The notes: a model not told the origin generated them from the sequence alone. A stretch of DNA of 63,236 nucleotides, filler included, from Octopus bimaculoides (GCF_001194135.2; 4 parts of 4 records of this genome joined end to end with filler, not necessarily neighbours in it); one strand, 5' to 3'. Counted from the whole stretch's first letter, positions 23,723 to 38,390 are shown. Numbers and translations are program-made.

Positions 23723-24212
23723 AAAGCGGGGCAGTCCCCTGTGCATCATATTTCCCTCTCAACACTTTGGTTGACCCAAGACTGGTGCTGTACTGTAATG
23801 GGATGAAACCTGAAATCCTGTAATTTCCAGACATATTTCTTGACAACATAGCCATGTGTAAATATATGAGCTAATTATTGCTAATGCATAATATCAACAG
23901 TTTGCTTGAATTACATGCCTTACCATTAGTGTAGCTGCTGTGTGAGAGAAAACCTACCCAGCCCAGACAAGAACGGAAAGAAAGCATGAAAATAAATGGA
24001 TGATGGTGATGGTGCTGATGATACTGATGATAACGATAACAGTGATGATGATGATGGGAACAAAGTGGTGGTAGTGGTGATAGGGGTGGTGATGGCAGCA
24101 GCGGCGGCCACGGTGGTGGTAGTGGCAGTGGAGGTGTTGGTGGTGATGATATTGATGATGATAATGCTAATGGTGATGTGACTGCTTGATAGAACAAGCA
24201 AGACCACGGTAC

Positions 24213-24284
24213 CAGTGAATAGATAGTAAAATAAATTTGGTTTGTCCTGTAGAGCTTCTGAAAACACTGTGACATTGGGAAACT
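24213..24284 (-). CDS. Candidate 72-nt phase 1-1 exon (E)FPNVTVFSEALQDKPNLFYYLFT
   Basis: Acceptor atttatttccctctgtag|, weaker donor G|GTACCG, open frame. Confidence 0.2.
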
Positions 24285-24667
24285 CTACAGAGGGAAATAA
24301 ATTGTACCTTTGTGTGTGTGCGTTCATGTGTGTCCATGTGTGTGAGTGTTTGTGGGTGGGTGTGTGTTTATGCATGTAATATTTATTTTATTAATTGCAT
24401 GGAACCAAAATTGATTGTGTCAGGAATTGAAATGTGAAAAGTATGACCGTGAAGTAAGTATAAATAACAGTTGAATGGGCTCCCTACAATTTCAATGACA
24501 TAGAGAAAAATATTCATTAATCAATAAATATTTACAAGAAAAATGTTACTAGCATTGATGATAGTTAATCTTCGTTAAGAATGATGAGCGAAATTAACTC
24601 TGAAATCTGAATTCTTTAAAAGCTAAATAAGGACATGCATCCAGAAGTGAGGCTGATCTTTAGCAAG

Positions 24668-25077
24668 TATACTCTTTTACTTGTTTCAGTCATTTGACTG
24701 CGGCCATGCTGGAGCACCGCCTTTAGTCGAGCAAATCGCCCCCACGACTTATTCTTTGGAAGCCTACTACTTATTCTATCGGTCTCTTTTGCCGAACCGC
24801 TAAGTTACGGGGGACATAAACACACCAGCATTGGTTGTCAAGCGATGTTGGAGGGGACAAACACAGACACATACACACACATACATATATATATATATAT
24901 ACATATATATACAACGGGCTTCTTTCAGTTTCCGTCTACCAAATCCACTCACAAGGCTTTGGTCGGCCCGAGGCTATAGTAGAAGATACTTGCCCAAGGT
25001 GCCAAGTAGTGGGTATGAACCTGGAACCATGTGGTTGGTAAGCAAGCTACTTACCACACAGCCACTCAGTTTTATCT
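24668..25077 (-). mobile_element. Full-length young SINE family B (head, CORE-like motif, internal microsatellite, 3' module)
   Basis: Continuous element from the tRNA head through (TA)/(TG)n to gcaaaagagaccgatagaataag...gctccagcatggccgcagtcaaatgactgaaacaagtaaaagagta; CpGs retained. Confidence 0.9.
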
Positions 25078-25814
25078 GACCTCCTCAATGGAGCATGTTC
25101 TTACCTTTAGTTATCGGAATGAATATCTGAATATGTAAATGCTGAGCAAATGAACATCAGTAATTAGAGAATATTTTAACCATTTCCCTATTAACATTTG
25201 TTAATAAAGGTGCTCATTAGAACAGCAAAGGTTTTTGTTTTTTTATAAAATAATTGATGTGTTACAGAGAAGAACACTGAATTTGTTGAGATTTTTGACA
25301 AACGAAATTTTATTCTTCCAATGCAAATGTTGTCATTACTATGAGTGACAAAACATCAAGAGAGTTTTGAATGTTACTGTTCTTGGTGTTGTTGTAGCAG
25401 CAGATAAAGTGTGGTTAACTGCTTGCTGTGCTACTGACTTCTAATGTCCGTTGCCTTTTGTGTTAGCTGCTGTCTGCCATCTCTGTTGGCCATCTCCTAT
25501 GGTGTCTGTCAAAGCTCTCTATCAGACTCTCAAAGAGAAAGGTGTGAAAAATGTAATTGTTGCTTGAGCCAGTTCTAGGTAAAGTCATGATTTGTTAGAT
25601 TTTTTATTTTTTCCTTTGTCATGTGGATAATATTCTAGCAAATCATAACATAGGGTGATTACTGAATATTCCTGCTACAGATGTATTAAATCATCATGTG
25701 CACAGTGAACTGTGAGAATCAAAACAATGAACTGCATACTTTTTCTTAATACTGTCAGGAAGATTTGAACCTTAATTGTTTTGATACTTGCTGTTTACTG
25801 TGCATATGACGTTT

Positions 25815-26035
25815 TAGGCAGTGAGCTGGCAGAATCGTTAGCATGCTGGACAAAGTGCTTAGTGTTATTTCACCCATCACTAAGTTCTGAGTTCAAATTC
25901 CGCTGAGGTCATCTTTGTCTTTCATCCTTTCAGGGTCAATTAATCAAGTACCAGTGAAACACTGGGAATGATGTAATCAACTAGTCTCCCAGCTCCACAA
26001 ATTTGAGGCCTTGTGCCTCCAGTAGGAAGGATTAT
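25815..26035 (+). mobile_element. SINE family A (A2 tail), CpG-decayed
   Basis: ggcagtgagctggcagaatcgttagcatgc...ggccttgtgcctccagtaggaaggattatt. Confidence 0.85.
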
Positions 26036-26690
26036 TGGTTGGCAGACATCAGCATACATCAGTAAACAATTAGTTTGCTGAAGTAGTAAACAAGAGCAAC
26101 AAACTCTTTGTAACTACATTAGTCCAGGGTGACTATGGCTGATGAAACATAATGAGGTCAAAACAGAGTCCCAGAGTCCTGAACATACATTCATCTTACA
26201 GTTGTTCTTCTATGACAAAACACAAGGGTGATAAACATATTCACATTCAAATTTGCCAGAATATATTAAGAATAAAAATGCAAGTCATTGTTTGGTATGT
26301 TATTCATCATTGTGTAGAGTTGAAACCAGTCAGAATTTAACAGTGCATTCTAGAATCAATATAATAAATCCAAGTAATTAATGAAAAGTAGTCATTTCAA
26401 TCAGTTGTAGTTACCAGTATATCCATGTGGTTAAGAAGTTTGCTTTCCTTTTGCTTTGCAACCATATGATTCCGAGTTCAATTCCACTCTGTTGCATCTT
26501 TGATGGGTTTCTTCTATTACAGTTGCAATCAGACCAGTACCTTGCTAGTGGAATTTGGTTGGAAAACAACTTTACTGAATGTGTGTGTGTGTGCATGTGT
26601 GTGTGTGAGTGCGTGTGTATGTATTTATGTATTTATGTATTTATGAACATATTAACATATGTATGTTTGAGTGTATGTACTTATGTATGT

Positions 26691-26955
26691 GTGGAGGCAC
26701 ATGGCTCAGTAGTAAGGGTGTTGCACTCATGATCGTAAGATTGTGGTTTCAATTCCTGGGCTGAGTGATGCATTGTGTTCTTGAGCAAAACACTTCCTTT
26801 TACATTGTTCCTGTCTACCCAGTTGGCAAAAATAAAAAAAAAGAGTAATTCTGCAATGGACTAGTGTTCCATCCAGGGGAAATATTTATGCCACAAAATC
26901 CAGGAAACTAGCCTTATGAGCCTATGGATCAGGAAGGGCTTTGATTTTTTTTTTA
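26691..26955 (+). mobile_element. SINE family E, CpG-decayed
   Basis: gtggaggcacatggctcagtagtaagg...gtgttcttgagcaaaacactt...gcaatggactagtgttccatccaggg. Confidence 0.8.
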
Positions 26956-27075
26956 TGTATGAGTGTGTTTGTGTGTGTGTGTGTATGTGCGCACATGTGC
27001 ATGCATGCGTATGTATGTGTGTGTGTGTTTGCCTGTGCCTATGTCAGTGTTTAGGTTTACACTAGTTAAAACCAG

Positions 27076-27146
27076 TGTTATGCTTATATTGTTATGCTTA
27101 TATTGTTATGCTTATTGTTATGCTTATTGTTATGCTTATATTGTTA
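27076..27146. repeat. 12/14-bp minisatellite (tgttatgcttat[at]) about 5 copies
   Basis: Direct reading of the tandem units. Confidence 0.9.
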
Positions 27147-27360
27147 CCCTTTATGTCCCACAGTTTAGTAGTTTGAATGAAACACTGAGATCAATATGAG
27201 TGACTAAACTCATGAAAGAGGTGCCTTGACTAAACCACATTCCAGCGAATGAAACCAATAAATGAAAGTAATTTTCATCCTGAAAAGGAGATATTCTGCC
27301 TTCTAAAGTATTTCTTTGATAAAATATAAAGCCAATTGATGTAGGAATGAAGTATGAGCA

Positions 27361-27396
27361 TCTTCTTCTTTCTTCTTCTTCTTCTTCTTCTTCTTC

Positions 27397-27478
<82 letters not shown>

Positions 27479-27483
27479 CATCA

Positions 27484-27542
<59 letters not shown>

Positions 27543-27543
27543 G
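27361..27543. repeat. Compound trinucleotide microsatellite (TTC)n(TTA)n(TCA)n(TTA)n
   Basis: Direct reading. Confidence 0.98.
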
Positions 27544-27823
27544 ATTTCTAACACAAGTACAAAGCCACATATTTTGAGAGAATGAGTATAGCTGATTTTA
27601 CATACCCTAATAATTTTGACTGATAAGTATTTTATCAACTCCACAACTTTATTGTAAAATTCTAGTAATAATGTAACACCAGGATTCTCCTAGATTTGAA
27701 ATCCTAATGGTATAATGATAAATAAATTTCTAATGTGAATTCATATAAAGGCTTATATTTATTTTACGGAGATGTACTTGCATAACAAGTGACTTGATCT
27801 GAGATCAAGTGCTGAAACAAAAA

Positions 27824-28117
27824 CAATTGCAGTCTGGAAGATGTTTGTAAGCCATTTAAGAACACACGAAAACCATTAGTTTCACTTCAACATTTAAATT
27901 TAATTTGTGTCAAAATATTTTCGTCACTTTGAAACTGTGACCTGTTTACTGACAAAACTTTGTGCTGCATCATTTTCATGAAGTTTTGTCAGTGAACAGG
28001 TCACAATTTCAAAGTGACAAAAATATTTTGACACAAATTAAATTTAAACGTTGAAGTGAAACTAACAGTTTTTGTATATTCTTAAATGGCTTACAAACAT
28101 CTTCCATGATGCAATTG
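27824..28117. mobile_element. Foldback/MITE-like element with ~135-bp inverted arms and 20-bp spacer
   Basis: Left arm 27824-27960 is the reverse complement (about 90%) of right arm 27981-28117. Confidence 0.85.
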
Positions 28118-31100
28118 CTTATATTTATTAAAATCAAGAATCAAACTCACACAGAATTTGCAAGTATGGAAACACTGCAAAACTAGAAAGACCTCAATGG
28201 GATCAAAAATCAAAACATTAACCCTTGACTGTGAAATTAAATCTCATGGTAATTGCAGTAATAATGTTAAATATCTACCAAACAAATAGAATTGGTATTT
28301 TCTGCACATCTAATAATTTCAAACTAAATACTGTTTATAAATTAATAAAGGATTGAACCAGTGCATGTGTTTATTACTGGCATAATGCCTCTCCCAAGAT
28401 TTAATTGTATTTCTTTCAACACACGTATTCACACCAAAAATCTTGTACACCAAATACACATACAAAAAAATTTCAAAGATGACATTCTTCAACAAAATGT
28501 AGTTTGGTATAGTAAACTGCTTTCTGCAATTAAAGGTAATGACACCTTGAATGAATATATCTGATTTCTGCAGTAAAAGGGTTAAGTGTCCCATTTTACC
28601 AGATACTCTATTGCTTCTGCCAGTCCATCATTTAGCACTTTATTGGTACATATATCATAAACTGAGGAAGAATGAAAAGTAAATTCAACCATTATGAGAT
28701 TTGAACTTAGAGCACAACCGAGGAATAAAACTTCAAAAAGAGTCAAGCTAGTAGCATTAACAGTTCTTCCAACTCACCACACATAACTCTTTTAACTGAT
28801 ACGAAACTTATAACAAAGAAGTCTTTTTAATCTAATTAGTATAGAAACCTAGCAGCATAATTGTAAAAAAAATTGTTAATGAGTTAGCATCAGGAATCTT
28901 CAAAGTTTGAAAGTCTGGTATATAAAGGTGAACAAATTGTTAACATGAATACATAATAAATCTTATATTTATTAAAAACTAAGAATTATAGTTCTGAAGC
29001 ATTTGATAGTAACAAAACAATAGGAAATTATGACAAAAGAAATATTATGATGACTTTTCTTAAATGTAATATATATAAACACAAGATTTTGAACAACGTG
29101 TAACATTTTTCGTTACAAATATACAGTAAGTTTATAGCAGTTATTAGTTTAATTCTGTCTAGTTCTTAAAGGTAAAACCACTCTTTATTGTAATTTTAGA
29201 CAAAAAGTAATCTTTAGAAATCTGAACGTAGCTAGATTTAGAAAAGATTAGTTGAAGCCAGTGCTTCATTGATTCTATGTCTAAATATCATCGTAGTGGT
29301 CGTCATCATCTTCAGCATCATCATCATCAGCAGCAGCATCATTACTTTCATTTTCTTATTAATATTCAAATCCTATTCAAATCTAATTCTTCTTTCTATA
29401 TAATGTTAATTCATGTCATCAAGCAGTTATTTATAAATAGTACAGCTGAAGAATATGGAATTAATTACCCAAGAGTATCAGCCAAGTGTGTAACATTTTT
29501 AGCATATTATATACCACAACATCAATATCACCAACAGCAGTAACATTTACAAAAAGAAGTTTGGTAGGGTAGGGGTGCTGCTTGAATTAAACTCTTTTAT
29601 TCATTTGAGTAATGTTAATGGTTCTTCTGCTGTTTTTCCCCATTCTAGATTCAATTGAATGATTCTGAAAATTTTATACATTTACATATGAATTGTCATG
29701 TATAAATGTAATGCAAATATATTAAATTATAGTGTGAAAATGTAAATGTTTCTTCCAGTCCCATGTGTTCATGAAAATCATACTTCACTCTAGATTCTGC
29801 AGCATTTTAGGGGGGAAAAAAGATGAATCTTCCTCTAGAGTTAGAAACTAGTAAATTGCAAATATTATTCTTTCTTTTATAATTTCTCATACCGAAAAAT
29901 TTTTTTTTAAAAAAGCATAATATTTGCCATATGCTAGTCTAGCCCTAGTGGAATATTCCTCTTGTTTTCCTATCTCCATACGGAGTTGTGAGCACAAATC
30001 ATGCCAGGGTCAACTTCCAATCTTTGTGGGTTGATAAAATGAAATACCAGTCAGGTATTGGGATCAATGATATAGATGAATCCCTTAGCACAGTATTGCT
30101 GGCCTTGTGCCTAAATTAGAAACAATTATTATTTAACAGTTCATCAAAATTAATTAATATCCAGTCTACAAAGCATGCCAAAACAGCCAGTGGAGCTTGG
30201 TGCAACCCTCTGGCTTGCCAGCTCCTGTCAAACCATCTAACCCATGCCAGCATGGAAGATGGGTGTTAAATGATGATGGTGATGTTGATGATGATGATGA
30301 TGATGATGATAATGATGATGATGATGATGATGACTTCTCCCTTCCCTCCCAAGATATCAAGACAAAATAGCATGACAACTCTTTTACATAATAATACAAA
30401 GATGGCTCAATGATTGTCAAGATACATGGCCTACTGGCTAAGGTATTGGCCTTTGTTGGCCTCATAACCATATGGTTGTGAGTTCAATTTCTGGACTTGA
30501 TGATGTGTTGTGTCTTTGAGCAAGGCACACTACTCCACATTGCTTCTGTCTACAGAGCTGAAAATGAGTACTAATGTGATGCTGGTGCAACTCTCTTCCT
30601 CTCCCTATTCCACCACATCCTAAAAAAAAAGAAGAAAATTGCTGTCACTTGCAAGTTGCAAGTGACAGCATTTTGTGTGTTGTGTGTGTGTGTGTATGTG
30701 CGTGCATGTGTGCGTGAATGTGTGGGTGCATGCGTGTGTGTGTGTGTGTATGTGTGAGTATCCATGACTATTAATTTACTTTATATCTACTTGGAAATGT
30801 AAGGTTTTTGTAGGATTTTCTTGATGTAAACAGCATTTCTTAATCAAGAGATCTATACACTGAGAATGTTTACTTGAGTATTTATGGTACAGGGCCTATT
30901 TGATATGTTTCTGAAAGCTTGCTAACCCAATTGATTGCCAGAGTGCCAGAGAAGGGATAAATAGGATTGTTCCAGTGTTTAGTATGTTCACAATTCAGGG
31001 TTCATGATTCACAGGAGGAATAATAACTGCAAAACATTTGTAGAAAGTTTTCTAAGAACATTACTAAGGGATCAATGACTTAAGATAGTTCTCTCCAAAC

Positions 31101-32455
31101 TTGAAGCCTGGTTAAAGAATGACAGATTTTCATGTGGACTTGTTTTTACAATGTTGAATTTGAAGTGATGTACAGCTGGTGACTTCTTCTGTAATACTTC
31201 ACATTTGAACCTCTCTTAGTACAGCACAAGGCTGACAGGTATGAGTAAACAGCACTTTGGAGATGATACTCCCTAGAGCTTTAGTATTTACAGCAAGAAA
31301 CTACAGGCCAAGCAAAGATCCACCTAAATAGTTAATACCAGATACAGAGGTTCAAATTTTTAGTAGTATACATCATCATCATCATCATCATCATCATTTA
31401 ACATCTGTTGTCCATGCTGACAGGGGTTGGACGGTTTGACTGGAGCTGCACCAGACTCCAGTCTGATTTGACATGGTTTGGCTAAATCAGACTGAAGTCT
31501 GGTGCAGCTCTCCAGCTTGCCTGCAATGGGAAAAAAATGAAAAGAAAAGAATTGTGAGAAGCATATGTCCTTATCTCACATGAAATAAGAGGCTGGATGT
31601 CTCCTGAAAGTTATGCTGAAAATATCTTGAGTCAATATTTTGATTTGATTGTTTAAGTTTAGTGGCACTATCAAAAGTTTTGAACTGGTTACTGAATAAT
31701 AAAAACTTGTGATCTGTTTGTTTAATACCTTTTCCAACCCCCTGTTTTACTATTGGTCTCAGATTTCTAAATCTGTGATCAGATTATAGTTAGCAGACTG
31801 ATCTCAGTTGGTTATATACTGAGACTGTCATTAATGGTTTGAATGAGAATTTTCCTAATAGAGACATGAGCGAAATATATTTATACAAGTCAAGATTATT
31901 TCCTTCTCTTCCAGAATGGTAGACAAGAAATTATGGAGTGTTTTTATTGCTCTGCCATACAGTGCTTTATAACTTTTAGAGGATATCTTGCGCTTAACAC
32001 GTACTTTGTTATGCACCTTGCAACAGTTAATCTGACTTTATTAACTTCATGCAGAAAAGGACAGTCATCAAATTTTATATTCTGGTTGCTTAAGATTTTC
32101 CCAATTGGAGAGGAACTGATTACTGATATAAAGCAGAGAGCCAAGCAGATTTATTCTTTCCATCAAATAGAATAAATTTGTTCATTACCAAGTTCACTCT
32201 GTATCCAACAATTTTAAAGAAGAAACCAAATATTTAAGGTATGGAGAAGAATGCATTCCTCAGCTTTCTTTCTTGATGGGTCTTAACATGGTGGTATTTG
32301 AATGTCACTTTCTTAAGAATGGACTTTAAGCTGTTTAGTAACTAAATGAATTTTCATGTTTTGGTAAGTAGTTTTACAATGCTGTTTCTATTCTCATCAA
32401 TCCATTCCTTGTGGATCCTTATCTTAGGAACAAGAAGTGATATTACTCTCTTTCC

Positions 32456-32581
<126 letters not shown>

Positions 32582-34199
32582 GTTTGTGGGTTGACATCAT
32601 CCACATCCTCCCATCAATTTCATGGCCTTGTACCAAGGCAAAAACAAATAAATTAAAACCATACATGCATGTGACATTTACTAGACTTACTACTGTCAAT
32701 AATATCCAATGATATAGCCATAATTAGAGATTTATGTATTGCTAATTATTTTCTATAATGATTCAGTATAGTCTAAAGTAAACAAATGTAGGAAATTTCC
32801 AAATTCATGGTTCATTATTGACTATTTTTTTGTTTATTTATCAGTTTCATTTTTGGATGACTTTCAAATGTATAATATAAAGATTTTCATCATCGTCATC
32901 ATTTAACTCTAACCATATGGCTTCAGCACAAACTCCTTAACCAAACACCCATGCCTGTATACACACAAACACAGACACATAGAGAGAGAGAGAGAGAGAG
33001 AGAGTTGAACTATGCAACAGGAGCAGCTCTATAGTAAAAGCTTTTACCAATATAACATTCTTGTCTGCATATCAAGCATGGCTGTGTAATCAAGGAGTGC
33101 ACTTCCCAATTACATGGCTTGAGGTTCAGTCCCATTTAAAGCATCCTTCAATCGTCGGGCAATATGCCATGCTTGCGAAGACCTGTTGAACCAAGTGAAA
33201 TCATAGTCATGGCTGATGCCAGTGCCACCTGACTGGCATGTAAAAAGCATCCTTCAAGCGTGGCCAATGCCTGTGCCACCTGACTGGCATCTGTACCGAT
33301 GGCATGTAAAACACAGCCACTACATTGTCAGAATGGTTGGCGTTAGGAAGGGCATCCTGCTGTAGAAACCTTGCCAAATCAGATTAGAGCCTGGTGCAGC
33401 CTCCCAGCTTGCCAGCCCTCAGTCAAACCGTCCAACCCATGCCAGCATGGAAAGTGGACGTTAAATGACGACGATGATGATGATGATGATCAACAGGGTA
33501 TTTTTGTATGGATGGATGTATGTAGTATGTATGTAAATGTGTGGTATCTTTGTGCCCACATTTGTCCACTACCACCATCACTAGACAACCAGCGTTGGCT
33601 TGCTTACATCCCTGAAACTTAGCAGTTTGGCAAAAGAGACTGTTAGAATGAGTAGCACACTTCAAAATAAATTCTAGGGTTGATTTGTACCTCTAAAACC
33701 CTTCAAGATAGTGCACCAGCATGGCTGTGCATTCCAATGACCAAAACAAATAAAAGACAAATGAAACAAATTTGGAATCCTGAAATATTTAGAGACAGCT
33801 TTTGTCTAATATTGATCTTTATTTTCTATATTTATCTTCTTATATATGAGTTGGACAATAAAAAGAAAACCATAAGCAAATAAATAAATATAAAGTAGAT
33901 GAAAGACTTTACTGATACACCTATCTCTTATATAGGCATTTACTGTTTGTTTTGGAAATTTTATGGTGATATAAAATGATGCCAATTTTCTGGTTCTTTT
34001 TATTTTATTTATCTTTCTAAATTCCTTTGGTTCGTTTTTAATTACAGAACCATTGTGTACATAAATTGATATATATATGTATATATGTATATATATATAT
34101 ATATAACTGTTGCTACTGTTGTTCACATTTTTCTTGATCCTTCAAGTTGGAAGCGGTAAGCCGTTTGGATAGCTGTTGTGAGCATTAACATCGTTTATA

Positions 34200-34640
<441 letters not shown>

Positions 34641-34748
34641 TCGCACACATATATGAGGTTTGGGATATATGCATATGAATGTGATGTCTGTGTTTGTGTC
34701 TATATCCTAGTATATGTATGTGTGTGTGTGTCTGCACACGTGCACACA

Positions 34749-34794
<46 letters not shown>

Positions 34795-35643
34795 GAGAAC
34801 ACATATACACATACATAATTTTATTGTTGTATGATACATTCATATCTCAATTCTTACTATTGAGAAAATCATCCAACTGCAAACTCAATGGCTTCAATTG
34901 TATCGAAATATTTGAAATAGTAAACAAAAGCTCAAAACTTTCACATATAGAAAGAATAACACAAATAACAGTACGGAACGTTATATTGCAGGTAGATATT
35001 GGGATTGAGAGTAAAAATATGGAAGACGTAGAAAGCAGTATATATTGAAATCAGAAAAATATTTCGTTTTATAGTTCATAGTTACCATGAATGATAGCCT
35101 ATTTCCTAGAATTCCTCCATGCATAATACATTTTCCATTCTCATTAACAAACAATAACTGACGATACCATATCTAAATGCATGTATCCATCCTTACACAC
35201 ACACATACATGGACAAACAGACAGACAGGCAGGCAGAGAGATTGACAGACGGATAGATAGATATGTGCATGTAATGCATGTCGGTATATATTATTGTCAT
35301 CATCATCATCGATATGGTCATCTTTTAAAATCAATCTTTCATGCTGGCATGGATTGGACACTTTGACAAAATCCGATGGTCCTGAGGATCGCATCTTGTT
35401 CCAATAATAACTTTGGTATGATTTCTATAACTGGATGCTGCAGAAGACCTGGAATAGAGAGGGCATGTCATTGATGTGGTTGGGAATGGCAACCTGATCA
35501 ATGACGAACTTAACTGACTGAATAATTAGTGCAAGTGTTTATTATTGGCATAATGACCCACCCAAGATATAACAAAGTTTGTTTCAACACACAAGTTCGC
35601 ATCAAGAATCTTGCAAAACAAATATAACATTGGAATATATGTG

Positions 35644-35695
<52 letters not shown>

Positions 35696-36189
35696 TGTTT
35701 AACGTCCATTTTTCATGCTGGCATGGGTTGGACAGTTTGACTGGAAACCAGCAAGCCAGGAGGCTGCACTAGGCTCCAATCTGATCCGTCAATATTTCTA
35801 CAAATGGATGCCCTTCCTAACACCAACCACTCCAAGAGTGTAGTGGGTGCTTTTTACGTGCTACTGGCACAGGAGCCAGTCGGGGCTGGGAGTGCCTATT
35901 GCATGCCACCAGCACGGGAGCCAGTCAGGTGGCATCGGCCACAACTACAATTTCAATTTTTGATTTCAATTTCATTCAGATTCTGATAGTGATTTTGATT
36001 TTGATTTTTAATTTTACTTGACTCAATACGTATATATGTATATACATGTATATATGCATATATATGTATATACATGTATATAAGTATATATATGTATATG
36101 TATATACATGTCTATATGTATATATATGTATATATGTATATACATCTATATATGTATATGCATATATTTATATATATGTATATATGTAT

Positions 36190-36345
36190 ATAGGGGAGAA
36201 TTCACAAAAAAAACAAAAGACGAAGACAGGTGGTGTAGAAAACAAACAGATGTATTAGTTTAATGCTCAGGAAGTGAAAAAGTCTTTAACATTTCAAGCC
36301 TATGCTCTTCCACACTTCCACAGAAAGGAACACAGAAAGAAACAA
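36190..36345 (-). mobile_element. Short Penelope-like relic with a decayed hammerhead-like motif, embedded in (TA)n
   Basis: Minus strand: cttt-ctgtggaa-(8-bp duplication)-gagc atag gctt-gaaat-gtt-aaag; downstream ttcctgagc...taatac resembles 50670-50695. Confidence 0.5.
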
Positions 36346-36729
36346 GTATATATATGTATATATATGTATATATGTATATACATGTATGTATATATATATA
36401 TATATATATATATCATCATCATCATCATCATCGTTTAACGTCCGCTTTCCATGCTAGCATGGGTTGGACGATTNNNNNNNNNNTATATATATATAGACGG
36501 TTTAGATATAGATTCAAGGTTGAATATGGTACTTATGCGTAGGCACCCGAATATCGTATCCGAAAAGGATAGGTGATCAAAATCAAAAAATAAGCAACAC
36601 GCATTTCAAAGGCGATTGCAGTACGCACGTTTCATGCTACTCCAATTTATTTAAGTAATGCGAGCATTACATTAAATGCAATATGAAGAGCAATCTTCAG
36701 CTGCACAAAAATGCAGAAAATTACTGTAG

Positions 36730-36783
<54 letters not shown>

Positions 36784-37014
36784 TTATGTGTATTAATATT
36801 ATCTCAGTTATTGAAACTTTCGATAATTTGAATACGTTAATAGTAACCATGGCTAGCAAAATTACACTAAAAAATAAGATATCCCAGCCGTTTTACAGGT
36901 TGATATACCGAGTTAACGTGATACATTTTGAGAATATATGGATAATAACAACAAATGGAGCAAAACGCATGTCAATGAAAGTTCCTTTAATTCCTACATA
37001 TATGTTTCGAAGCA

Positions 37015-37240
37015 AGTGAGGGCTATTTCACAAAAAAAGGGGCAATTTCCCCCAAAAAGGGGTAGCTGGAATTATCACTTGTTTCTCATCATGGAGAACA
37101 TAATAAAATATTTAGTAGCAAGACAAAAACGAAATGATGGGGTAACTTACGAGCTGAGATGTTACATGGTCAGTGACCGTTAATTCCAGCTACCCCTTTT
37201 TTGGGGAAATGGTCCCTTTTTTTGTGAAATGGCCCTCACT
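37015..37240. mobile_element. MITE-like element with 60-bp terminal inverted repeats
   Basis: agtgagggctatttcacaaaaaaagggg...gtagctggaatta (37015-37074) mirrors taattccagctacccc...gtgaaatggccctcact (37181-37240). Confidence 0.85.
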
Positions 37241-37250
37241 NNNNNNNNNN

Positions 37251-37309
<59 letters not shown>

Positions 37310-38340
37310 ATACATGTATATATGTATATATGTATATACATGTAGTTGATTGAGGTGTGCTCTGTTAAGAACGTATTACAGTACAAATAGAGCTCATTCA
37401 CCCTTAGAATTCTTAAATAGGCAGTAGTATTATTACGGTGTGCTACCAATTCTAGTCTTAGGTATTCTTCATGTTTGAAAATAAAAAGTTAAAAATAAAA
37501 GAGTATTCTGCTGAGTAATGAAAATCTAGTAAATAAACATGATGAGGAAATTCCAAGATGTAACCACCGCACCAAATATGCATTCTCCAGATGGAACAGT
37601 GTATAAAGCTTTTAATTATTATTCTATTTCACTAAGCCCATTTTTTTACCACCTTCACGTATGTATAGGAGTGTGTATTTATGATGGAGCGTCCAACAAT
37701 ATAACTATGTACATGAAAATGAGTATTTAAATGTATTAGCGTCTATGTATAGGTGTGAATGTGTTTATAGATCTGTAGGTGAGTATATGTATGCGTGTGT
37801 GCATCTGAATATATGTCCATATATATTTTTTATATGTATGCATGTATGTGTATACATGTCTGCGTGTGTCTGTGTGTGTGTGTGTGTATGGAAACACTCA
37901 GAGATGTATGATATATTGGTGTGTAAGTGATTGTATAAGTTTGAGCTAATGGATGAATGTATTTTACGTAGTTATACAGTTTGGCATGTGCAGAATAACA
38001 TGTTGAAACTGAATAAATAAACAGACAATGTGCACATTGCAGCTCGTGTCGAATGTGATAACATATTCATACTGAGCGAATTGAAACTGGTAGCGTTTGT
38101 TTGTTTCAAAGAAGCCACGGATGTTGTAGCTTGCTTGGAAATCTAGATTTACTTACAGAGACAGCAATTAAATATCGCCTGAGGAGATACATATGGATCT
38201 TCTTATTCAGGTAAATTGTTACATAATTTAATTTAAATTTAAATTTAAATCCTGTATATACGTGGATCCGTATGTATCAAAACATTTGTAGTGATCATTA
38301 AAAAGCTGCATAACCTATTGAATTTTTGTTGCTTATCTTC

Positions 38341-38390
<50 letters not shown>

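Noticed and set aside
23871-24200. Thr/Ala/Asp/His-rich low-complexity ORFs
   Set aside because: Degenerate (GAT)/(GGT)n tract that is open in several frames on both strands.
27275-27644. Poly-I/N/Y/K and alternating YI, CV, HT, SL ORFs here and across 34195-34839, 39020-40196 and 59268-59823
   Set aside because: These are translations of di- and trinucleotide microsatellites.
31933-32175. Overlapping plus (80 aa) and minus (66 aa) ORFs in unique sequence
   Set aside because: No motif match and conflicting splice signals; possibly an exon of the putative gene but unsupported.
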